This document shows positions 29,924 through 37,618 of a DNA stretch of 64,000 nt, one piece after another. The stretch covers positions 158,684-222,683 of the forward strand of contig WHUA01000006.1 in the NCBI GenBank assembly GCA_009377445.1, in the 5' to 3' direction. Both the position numbers and the translations under genes were made by a program. The number at the start of each line of letters is the position of its first letter. The first letter of the stretch is position 1. The notes below the pieces were generated by a model. The model was not told where the DNA came from. It saw only the letters and a list, made by a program, of their open reading frames with translations, and did no database searches. The stretch is from Alphaproteobacteria bacterium. Lineage in GTDB: Bacteria > Pseudomonadota > Alphaproteobacteria > UBA8366.

Positions 29924-32685
29924 CCGCCACCATCACCTTCTCGCTCGACGGCAAGGAAGTGGAAGCGGCGCCGGGCGAGACGATCTGGCAGGTCGCTCAG
30001 CGCCAGGGGACGGAGATACCGCATCTCTGCTATGCGCCCGAGCCCGGCTATCGTCCGGACGGCAACTGCCGCGCCTGCATGGTCGAGGTCGAAGGCGAGC
30101 GCGTGCTCGCCGCGTCCTGCATCCGCAAGCCGGCGCCCGGCATGGTCGTGCGCACGGCGTCGGACAAGGCGAAAAGCGCGCGCCGCATGGTGATGGAGCT
30201 TCTGATCGCCGACCAGCCGACGCGCGAGGCGGCGCACGATCCGCGGTCCAAGTTCTGGAACTGGGCCGACGCGATGGGCGTCGCCGACAGCCGGTTCCCG
30301 GCGCGCGCCATGGTCGCGCGGGACAGCAGCCATGTCGCGATCGCGGTCAACCTGGACGCCTGCATCCACTGCAACCTGTGCGTCCGCGCCTGCCGCGAGG
30401 TGCAGGTCAACGACGTCATCGGCATGGCCTACCGCGGCCACGGCGCCAAGATCGTCTTCGACTTCGACGACCCGATGGGCCAGTCCACATGCGTCGCCTG
30501 CGGCGAATGCGTGCAGGCCTGCCCGACCGGCGCGCTGATGGAAGCCAACCTGCTGGACGGCGCGGGGGTGCGCCGCGAGTTCGAAGACCGCGACGTCGCC
30601 ACGCTCTGCCCCTATTGCGGCGTCGGCTGCCAGACCACGGTCCATGTCAAGGATGACAAGATCCTCTATGTCGACGGCCGCGACGGGCCGGCCAACGAGC
30701 AGCGGCTCTGCGTCAAGGGGCGCTTCGGCTTCGACTACATCACCCACCCGCACCGGCTGACCAAGCCGATGATCCGGCGCGTGGACGCGCCCAAGCACGG
30801 CGCGCTGAAGCTCGACGCGGCGAATCCCTGGACCCATTTCCGCGAAGCGACCTGGGAAGAGGCGCTCGACCTTGCCGCCGCCGGCCTGAAGAAGGTGCTG
30901 GACGCGCATGGCGGCTCGGCGCTCGCCGGGTTCGGTTCGGCGAAAGGCTCGAACGAGGAAGCGTATCTGTTCCAGAAGCTGGTGCGCACCGGCTTCGGCA
31001 CCAACAACGTCGACCACTGCACCCGCCTCTGCCACGCATCCTCGGTCGCGGCGCTGATGGAAGGTATCGGCTCGGGCGCGGTCACCGCGCCTTTCATGGC
31101 GGCCGACACTGCCGAATGCATCATCGTGATCGGCGCCCGCCCGGAACAGAACCACCCGGTCGCCGCGACCTACCTGAAGAACGCGGCCAAGCGGGGGGCG
31201 AAGCTGGTCGTCGCCGACCCGCGGGGCCAGGAGCTGTCGCGGCACGCGGCTTACAGCCTGCAGTTCAAGCCCGGCACCGACGTGGCCCTGCTGAACGCGA
31301 TGATCCACACGATCATCGAGGAAAGGCTGCACGACGTTCAGTACGTGCAGACCCACACCGAAGGCTTCGAGGAGCTCGTCGCGCGCACGAAGGATTTCTC
31401 GCCGGAGAAGATGGCCGAGGTCTGCGGCATCGACGCCCGGACCATCCGCGAGGTCGCGCGGCTCTACGCCACTTCGACCAACTCGATCATCTTCTGGGGC
31501 ATGGGCATCTCGCAGTCGGTGCACGGCACGGACAACGCGCGCTGCCTGATCGCGCTGGCGCTGATCACCGGGCAGGTGGGGCGTCCCGGCACCGGGCTGC
31601 ACCCGCTGCGCGGCCAGAACAACGTGCAGGGCGCGTCGGATGCGGGGCTGATCCCGATGGTCTTCCCCGACTACCGCTCGGTCGAGGCGGCGGACATCCG
31701 CGGCGAGTTCGAGGAATTCTGGGGCATCGAGCTCGACCCGAAGCGCGGGCTGACCGTCGTCGAGATCATGAATGCGGTTCTCGCGGGCCAGATCAAGGCG
31801 ATGTACATCATGGGCGAGAACCCGGCGATGTCCGATCCGGACCAGGCGCATGCCCGCGCGGCGCTGGCGATGCTCGATCACCTGGTCGTGCAGGACATCT
31901 TCCTGACCGAGACGGCCTGGCAGGCGGACGTGGTGCTGCCGGCTTCCGTGCACGCGGAGAAGACCGGCACCTTCACCAACACCAACCGGCAGGTCCAGAT
32001 CGGCCGCGAGGCGGTGCCGCTGCCGGGCGAGGCGCGGCAGGACTGGTGGATCATCCAGGAGATCGCGAAGCGGCTCGGGCTGGATTGGCGGTACGGTCAT
32101 CCGCGCGACGCATTCGCGGAAATGAACCGGATCATGCCGTCGCTCGCGAACATCACCTGGCAGCGGCTGGAGCGCGAGGATTCGGTGACCTATCCCTGCG
32201 ACGCGCCGGACAGGCCCGGCAACGAGATCATGTTCGCGTCGGGCTACCCGACGGCGAGCGGCCGCGCCCGCATCGTCCCGACCGACCTGACGCCGCCGGA
32301 CGAGCTGCCGGACGACGAGTATCCGATGGTGCTGACGACCGGGCGCATGCTCGAGCATTGGCACACCGGCGCGATGACTAGGCGGGCCGGCAACCTCGAC
32401 CGTCTGGAGCCGGAGGCGGTCGCCTGCCTGTCGCCCCGCGACATCGGCCGCATGGATCTTTCGCCGGGCGACTTCATCCGCGTGGCGACGCGCCGGGGCG
32501 AGATCACGCTGCGGGTGCGGCAGGACCGCGACGTGCCGGAAGGAATGGTGTTCATACCCTTCTGCTTCACCGAGGCGGCGGCCAACCTGTTGACCAATCC
32601 GCAGCTCGATCCGTTCGGCAAGATACCCGAGTTCAAGTTCTGCGCCGCCCGCGTCGAGCCGGCGGAGAGCAGGGCGGCGGAGTAG
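29920..32685 (+). CDS. fdhF: Formate dehydrogenase alpha subunit (Mo/W-bisPGD, Cys ligand)
   Basis: N-terminal Fe-S motifs, CPYCGVGC, DHCTRLCHASS, PLRGQNNVQG, GKIPEFK; ATGA overlap with the diaphorase gene. Confidence 0.95.
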   Translation: MTATITFSLDGKEVEAAPGETIWQVAQRQGTEIPHLCYAPEPGYRPDGNCRACMVEVEGERVLAASCIRKPAPGMVVRTASDKAKSARRMVMELLIADQPTREAAHDPRSKFWNWADAMGVADSRFPARAMVARDSSHVAIAVNLDACIHCNLCVRACREVQVNDVIGMAYRGHGAKIVFDFDDPMGQSTCVACGECVQACPTGALMEANLLDGAGVRREFEDRDVATLCPYCGVGCQTTVHVKDDKILYVDGRDGPANEQRLCVKGRFGFDYITHPHRLTKPMIRRVDAPKHGALKLDAANPWTHFREATWEEALDLAAAGLKKVLDAHGGSALAGFGSAKGSNEEAYLFQKLVRTGFGTNNVDHCTRLCHASSVAALMEGIGSGAVTAPFMAADTAECIIVIGARPEQNHPVAATYLKNAAKRGAKLVVADPRGQELSRHAAYSLQFKPGTDVALLNAMIHTIIEERLHDVQYVQTHTEGFEELVARTKDFSPEKMAEVCGIDARTIREVARLYATSTNSIIFWGMGISQSVHGTDNARCLIALALITGQVGRPGTGLHPLRGQNNVQGASDAGLIPMVFPDYRSVEAADIRGEFEEFWGIELDPKRGLTVVEIMNAVLAGQIKAMYIMGENPAMSDPDQAHARAALAMLDHLVVQDIFLTETAWQADVVLPASVHAEKTGTFTNTNRQVQIGREAVPLPGEARQDWWIIQEIAKRLGLDWRYGHPRDAFAEMNRIMPSLANITWQRLEREDSVTYPCDAPDRPGNEIMFASGYPTASGRARIVPTDLTPPDELPDDEYPMVLTTGRMLEHWHTGAMTRRAGNLDRLEPEAVACLSPRDIGRMDLSPGDFIRVATRRGEITLRVRQDRDVPEGMVFIPFCFTEAAANLLTNPQLDPFGKIPEFKFCAARVEPAESRAAE

Positions 32686-32829
32686 ACGGCGCTGCGGCAT
32701 TTTCGCCTGCCTTGATATTTCTGCGATCGGGGCGCCATTCCGAATGGTTAATTCTCGCGAAAATTATCAGGAGCTATATAGTCATGGCTGCGGCGGCACG
32801 CGCCGCGGGCCGTCGGCAGAATTCCGAGG

Positions 32830-33010
32830 ATTCGGGAACCAAGATAAACCTCTTCATATCTAAGTATTCGTCAGAATGCGTTTACCATTTTATTTGGAAA
32901 ACGTAATGAAAATCATTTGTGTATTTTACATAACAGAACACTATCTAAATTAACTAAACATTTTACTAGATTTCTTCTGATCATCGGTGTAAAGAACTAC
33001 TACTAAATGG
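32830..33010. promoter_or_regulatory. Strongly AT-rich regulatory region upstream of the LuxR-type gene
   Basis: About 180 bp dominated by A/T in a high-GC window; no convincing ORF. Confidence 0.65.
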
Positions 33011-33037
33011 GAGGGGTGCTTGCGTTGGGGGAGAGTT

Positions 33038-33709
33038 ATGTCTCAGGCACCTCTATATATCGTGGGTGGCACGGGTCTGTTTCGACGTGGCCTGTGCAGT
33101 TTTCTGGAAGACACGCCGTTCCGCCTGGCCGCGGAGTTCGATAACGCGCAGGCCTGCGTCGGCGCCCTGTCGAAGGCGCCGGAGGCGGAGATCATCGTCT
33201 ATGTCTCCAATGGCGACCCAGAGGCGTCCTCCGCAGCCGTGGACGCGCTGATGTCCTGCGCGGATGCGCGGGTGCTGGTGCTGTCAGGCGAGCTTTCGGT
33301 CGACGAGCTGGGCGCTTGCCTCCGCGTCGGCGCGGGCGGCTACCTGTTGAGCAATATCTCCAAGGAGGTGCTGACGCATTCGCTGCGCCTGATACTTCTG
33401 GGCGAGACGGTCTTTCCGTCGCAGCTCGCCACGGCGTGGGCGACCGGCCAGTTGCGCCAGACCGGCAATGGCGGCGATACCAGTAGGGCTCTCGAGGTGC
33501 TGACGAACCGTGAGACCGAGATCCTTGGCTGCCTCACCGAAGGCTCGCCGAACAAGATGATCGCGCGCCAGCTCGGGATCACCGAGGCGACCGTGAAGAT
33601 CCATGTGAAGTCGCTGATCCGAAAGATCGGCGTGCAAAACCGGACGCAGGCGGCCCTTTGGGCGATCCAGGTCGGCCACGTCAAGAATCCGGTCGACCTG
33701 GCTGCCTGA
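33038..33709 (+). CDS. NarL/LuxR-family regulator with degenerate receiver domain
   Basis: LTNRETEIL...NKMIARQLGITEATVKIHV...NRTQAA HTH; receiver has IVGG and IIVY where acidic residues are expected. Confidence 0.92.
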   Translation: MSQAPLYIVGGTGLFRRGLCSFLEDTPFRLAAEFDNAQACVGALSKAPEAEIIVYVSNGDPEASSAAVDALMSCADARVLVLSGELSVDELGACLRVGAGGYLLSNISKEVLTHSLRLILLGETVFPSQLATAWATGQLRQTGNGGDTSRALEVLTNRETEILGCLTEGSPNKMIARQLGITEATVKIHVKSLIRKIGVQNRTQAALWAIQVGHVKNPVDLAA

Positions 33710-33756
33710 GCCAAGGACGGGATCGCGGACCTTTCGCCCCGCGGGTGCAAAGGAAG

Positions 33757-33785
33757 ACGGCCCTCCGTCATGGACGGAGGGCCGT
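33757..33785. terminator. Bidirectional terminator-like hairpin
   Basis: ACGGCCCTCCGTC-ATG-GACGGAGGGCCGT perfect 13-bp stem between convergent genes. Confidence 0.8.
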
Positions 33786-33830
33786 TTAACAGGGAAGTTC
33801 CGGAAACGAGTGAGCGTGTGTGTGATCCAG

Positions 33831-33995
33831 TTACTTCGTTGAGGACATATCCTTCAGGCACTGCGCCTTCAGTTTCGCGTCCTTGATCTTCTCGCACTTC
33901 GCCTTTGCTTGGTCGCCTGCTGCAAACGCAGGGGCGGCCATGGGAGCGGCGGCGAACGCTGCCAGAAGAACGACTGGAAGTATTTTGCGAATCAT
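33831..33995 (-). CDS. Small secreted protein, 54 aa, two Cys (absent from the ORF track)
   Basis: MIRKILPVVLLAAFAAAPMAAPAFA-AGDQAKAKCEKIKDAKLKAQCLKDMSSTK; AGGAGA RBS 5 nt before the ATG; Sec signal ending AFA; followed by the hairpin. Confidence 0.85.
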   Translation of the reverse strand: MIRKILPVVLLAAFAAAPMAAPAFAAGDQAKAKCEKIKDAKLKAQCLKDMSSTK

Positions 33996-34220
33996 ACAAG
34001 TCTCCTACTGTAGTTAACGACGCGGGTAGTCGCATGCGATCTGGGCCGGCTTACCGAATTCACCCTTAGACTTAAGTCGGCTTTCCTTCGCGATGCTTCG
34101 TCGGGCCGGCCGGCTTCCCGCTCTGCCGGAGCCCGGGCGTCGGAGTCGAGTCGCACGAGTGCGCTGAGGCCGATGCGGCGCCGGTCACGGTTGCGAGGGA
34201 ACTGGTTCCCTGCCGGCCGA

Positions 34221-34252
34221 ATGTTTGCCCGGATGTTTGCCCGGATGTTTGC
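34221..34252. repeat. 12-bp intergenic tandem repeat x2.7
   Basis: ATGTTTGCCCGG ATGTTTGCCCGG ATGTTTGC. Confidence 0.9.
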
Positions 34253-34496
34253 ATCGCCCCCAATACTCAATCCCCATGCTTGTCGGCGGACCGCTGGTGA
34301 CGGCGACGCCTTCCTCGAGGCGCGGCGGTCGTATTGAGGTAGACGCCGTTTACCATGTTTTCTTCCCGAGAAAATTAATCCCCGTCTTTTTTACCGGCCC
34401 CGGCGTCTCCGGATGATCGCCGATTGTTCACCGTGTCGCCGCATTTCCGTCCGAATCGCTGCCTAGTGTCTGGCCATCGAATCATTGCAACGCAGA

Positions 34497-34523
34497 GGAA
34501 TAAAGCATGTCCGGTCACGTCTA
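34497..34523 (+). promoter_or_regulatory. Candidate ECF (ECF26-like) promoter
   Basis: GGAATAAA-gcatgtccggtcac-GTCTA upstream of the ECF gene. Confidence 0.4.
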
Positions 34524-34602
34524 CTGATCTGAGCGGTATGCGTTCGTCGGCCGTTGGTCGGGGCGACAGAAAATGTCCAAAAGGGCATGAGCCAGCGCAC
34601 AT

Positions 34603-34633
34603 CGCTTGTCGGTTCTGACGCTTGTCGGTTCTG
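34603..34633. repeat. 16-bp tandem duplication
   Basis: CGCTTGTCGGTTCTGA CGCTTGTCGGTTCTG. Confidence 0.85.
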
Positions 34634-34774
34634 GCGGGAAAGCGGCGCGGACGCATGAGTGAGAGGGGGCTACGAGATGGTCATCGTCCACGACTTCGCC
34701 GAATTCCGGTCGTGCACATGCAGTCCGAAAAGTCAGAAACCGGCGGTTCTCCGCGGGTTTTTCGAGGTCTTCAG

Positions 34775-34799
34775 GGAACGAACCAGGCGATTGGTCATT
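34775..34799 (+). promoter_or_regulatory. Candidate EcfG/general-stress-type promoter
   Basis: GGAAC-N16-CATT about 50 bp upstream of the ECF start. Confidence 0.35.
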
Positions 34800-34850
34800 G
34801 ATCGCTTGGGGATTGGTCAATTGATCTTGCCCGCACAGGAGGACCTCACC

Positions 34851-35360
34851 GTGCCGGATACCGGACCCGCCCTCATGCTTCATGTCGCCGCCCTGCGGCG
34901 TTACGCGAATGCTCTCGAAGGCAATCGCGAAGAAGCGGACGATCTGGTGCAGGAATGCCTCGCCCGGGCGATCGCCAGGACCAGGGTGTGGAGTGAAATC
35001 CGCAACGTCCGCGCCTATCTGTTTACAATTCTCCACAATCTTCACATCGACCGGATCTCGCGCGGCCGCACCGCCGGCGTGGCGGTTCCGCTCGACCATG
35101 TGGAGCATAAGCTCACCACGAAGCCGGCGCAGGAAGAAGGGCTGCGGATCCGGGATCTGGAGCGAGCGCTTCGCGTTCTGCCGGACGATTACCGCAAAGC
35201 GGTGCTGCTGGTCGGACTCGAAGGCATGAGCTATCAGGAAGCGGCCACGACGCTCGGCATTCCCATCGGCACCGTCATGTCGCGGCTTTCGCGCGGGCGC
35301 GAAACGCTGCGCCAGCTCATGGCGACCGACGCGCACGGCAAATTGCGGATGGTGCGATGA
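34851..35360 (+). CDS. ECF RNA polymerase sigma factor
   Basis: LRRYANAL...ADDLVQECL, YLFTILHN, GMSYQEAA..LGIPIGTVMSRLSRGR; GTG start with AGGAGG RBS. Confidence 0.95.
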   Translation: MPDTGPALMLHVAALRRYANALEGNREEADDLVQECLARAIARTRVWSEIRNVRAYLFTILHNLHIDRISRGRTAGVAVPLDHVEHKLTTKPAQEEGLRIRDLERALRVLPDDYRKAVLLVGLEGMSYQEAATTLGIPIGTVMSRLSRGRETLRQLMATDAHGKLRMVR

Positions 35361-36376
35361 CCCAATTACCGCGCGCCGGAAGTCAGGCCATCGCCAGAAC
35401 GGATCTGCATGGCTATATCGACGGCGAGCTGCCGGCACACCGCCGCGCGGAAGTCGAGGCATACCTGGCTGCCCATCCGGGACACGCTGCGTTGCTTGCC
35501 GAATTCAACGCAGCGACGCTTTCGTTGCACGGGCTGTACGGCATCGGCCCGCCGGCAAACCCACGGATCGACGCGCTGACGGCCGAGCTCGACCGCGCGC
35601 TGAGACGGCGGCGCAGGACGCGTCGGCTCGCACGCCTTGCGGCGGCCGTGCTCGTGCTGGCCGGCGGGACCGGCATCGTATCGGCGCTCCATGACCGGAT
35701 CGGGGAGGCGGAAGACCGCTTTCTCGCCTTCACGCAACAGGCGACGGATGCGCACGTCCTGCTCGCGGGCAATCGCTCATTGCCGGCCGGTGCGGCGCTA
35801 GGAGACGAGACGGCGGCCGTTACATGGCTGTCGCAGCGGCTGACCGGCGTTCCGTTGCGCGCGCCCGACCTGCGTTCCTTCGGCTACGCGCTCTCCGTCG
35901 AGCGCATTCTTCCCTCGGACAGCGGTCCGGCGGCCCAGCTCATGTACGAAAGCCAGGAGGCTCTGGAACCGGTCACGCTGTTCATCGGTAAGGGGAGGGC
36001 CGCAAGGCCGACCGCCTTTACCTATGTACAGAATGACGGCCTCTCGATTTTCTACTGGCAGGAAGGTCCCTTCGCCTACAGCCTCGCGGGAAACCTGGAC
36101 CGGGCGGGGCTGCTGGCGCTGGCGGAAGAGGCGAAAGCGCAACTCGTCGCCCTGCCGCCGGCCCCGAAATCGTTGGTTAAGCGCCGCTTCCCGGCGGCCG
36201 ATAGATCCGCCGGGACTGCCGGACAGGCCCCTGCACTGGACGCCGGGCTCGAGCGCCCGGCTGCCAATACGCTCAGCGCACCGGATGCGGATACCGCCGC
36301 GGAGCCCGCGATCAAGCCGAAGTCGACGCTTGCGCCGCTTCCGGCGGGCGAGCGGGAATCGCCCAGGAAGACCTGA
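35357..36376 (+). CDS. Transmembrane anti-sigma factor (RsiW/PrtR-like) with low-complexity C-terminal tail
   Basis: LHGYIDGEL..RRAEVEAYL, one TM, WLSQRL..APDL, AAQLMYE, FYW; ATGA overlap with the sigma gene. Confidence 0.9.
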   Translation: MTQLPRAGSQAIARTDLHGYIDGELPAHRRAEVEAYLAAHPGHAALLAEFNAATLSLHGLYGIGPPANPRIDALTAELDRALRRRRRTRRLARLAAAVLVLAGGTGIVSALHDRIGEAEDRFLAFTQQATDAHVLLAGNRSLPAGAALGDETAAVTWLSQRLTGVPLRAPDLRSFGYALSVERILPSDSGPAAQLMYESQEALEPVTLFIGKGRAARPTAFTYVQNDGLSIFYWQEGPFAYSLAGNLDRAGLLALAEEAKAQLVALPPAPKSLVKRRFPAADRSAGTAGQAPALDAGLERPAANTLSAPDADTAAEPAIKPKSTLAPLPAGERESPRKT

Positions 36377-36406
36377 GCAAGACCGGCCGGGGCCGTCCAT
36401 CCCCCC

Positions 36407-36437
36407 AAAAGGAAAAGCGGCGCCCGAAGGGCGCCGC
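36407..36437 (-). terminator. Intrinsic terminator, minus strand
   Basis: Minus strand GCGGCGCCC-TTC-GGGCGCCGC followed by TTTTCCTTTT. Confidence 0.85.
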
Positions 36438-36500
36438 CACGCAGGTCGTGTGCGTAAGTTTTATTGCTCTTTGGGGAGTTATCTTGCCTGCTCGATCGTA
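36407..36500 (-). ncRNA. Candidate small regulatory RNA (about 90 nt)
   Basis: TTGCCG-N17-TAAGCG (36535-36507), an A/C-rich body AUAACUCCCCAAAGAGCAAUAAAAC, and a strong terminator about 195 bp beyond the nearest same-strand stop. Confidence 0.45.
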
Positions 36501-36631
36501 CGTCCTCGCTTAAATACTTAAACGAATGACGGCAAATGAAGAATCAGGTCGATCACCGATGATCGTCCGCAAGTCCTAACACCCATTCTGCGCTGCAAGA
36601 AGTAACAACTTCTTGAGTAGGGACGCGCCAC

Positions 36632-37618
36632 TCAGCGAATGCCGATCCCGAAGATCCCCGCTGCCGTACCGCCCAGGATCTTGTCTTTGTCTTCGGCGCT
36701 CAGCGCCGCATTCCGCACCACCTCGACCGGCGCCGGATCGCCGATCGGGAAGGGGTAGTCGGAGCCGAGCATCACGCGGTCCGCCCCGACCTTGCCGCAG
36801 AGGAATTTCAGCGCGTCCGGCTGGAAGACCAGGCTGTCGAAATAGCACCGCCGCAAACCTTCCTCCGGGTCGGCATACTTGCCGGGATTGGCGTGGAAAT
36901 TCCGAACCAGCCGGCCGATGACGAAGGGCAGCCCGCCGCCGCCCGTCGTCAGCACCGCCTTCATTCCCGAATACTTCACGAAGTGCCCCGAGAACAGCAG
37001 CCGGGCGCAGGCAGCCGTCATGTCGTTGAGCCGGGCGACCGCATTGACCAGGTCCGGCTCGCGGATGCGCGCATCCGTCGTGTCGTAGACCGGATGGATC
37101 AGCACGACGGCGCGCCGGTCCGAAGCCGCCTCCCAGAACGGGTCGAGGCCCGGATCGTCGAGATTGCCGCCTTCGCCCTTCGGCTGCGCCGCGATCATGA
37201 AGCCGCGGAAACCCGCATCCATCGCTTCGTGCAGCACTGCGGCGGCATGCCTGCCGGACTGCATCGGGACGCTCGCGAGCGGCGTCAGGCGCCGCTCGCT
37301 TTCGCAGGCGCGCAGCAGTTGCTCATTGATCATGCGGCTCCACGCGGCGCCTTCCTCGGCCGGAAGCTCGTAGCCGAACATGTCGAGCCAGCCGCCGCTC
37401 ACCTGATGGCCGATGTCGCGCTCGTCCATCCACTGTAGCCGTTGCCCGGTCTCGCGCAGCTTCGGCATGACGGGGCGCGTCGGCTTGCGCCCGGCGAAGG
37501 CAAGCTGGAAAGCATCGTCCGACTGCATCAGCTCGACCGACGGGAAGCGGCCGATGCTGCGTTTGAGATCTTCGAACATGGATTGCGGCGCGAAATGGGC
37601 GTGGATGTCGATGTTCAT
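36632..37618 (-). CDS. Amidohydrolase_2 family protein (ACMSD-like decarboxylase/hydratase)
   Basis: IDIHAH, VLIHP, YFDS, MLGSDYPF. Confidence 0.9.
   Translation of the reverse strand: MNIDIHAHFAPQSMFEDLKRSIGRFPSVELMQSDDAFQLAFAGRKPTRPVMPKLRETGQRLQWMDERDIGHQVSGGWLDMFGYELPAEEGAAWSRMINEQLLRACESERRLTPLASVPMQSGRHAAAVLHEAMDAGFRGFMIAAQPKGEGGNLDDPGLDPFWEAASDRRAVVLIHPVYDTTDARIREPDLVNAVARLNDMTAACARLLFSGHFVKYSGMKAVLTTGGGGLPFVIGRLVRNFHANPGKYADPEEGLRRCYFDSLVFQPDALKFLCGKVGADRVMLGSDYPFPIGDPAPVEVVRNAALSAEDKDKILGGTAAGIFGIGIR

Noticed and set aside
9041-34633. CRISPR-like arrays at the short repeats (9041, 34221, 34603)
   Set aside because: Units are 12-16 bp, directly adjacent without spacers, and there are no cas genes.
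36510-36523. CtrA site at TTAA-atac-TTAAAC upstream of the candidate sRNA
   Set aside because: Spacer is 4 nt rather than 7; it could bind another factor but nothing supports this.
36618-36630. TAGGGACGCGCCA resembling the tRNA-Glu 3' end (TAGGGGACGCCA) as an attR of a 30-kb island
   Set aside because: Short, gapped match and no integrase anywhere in the window.
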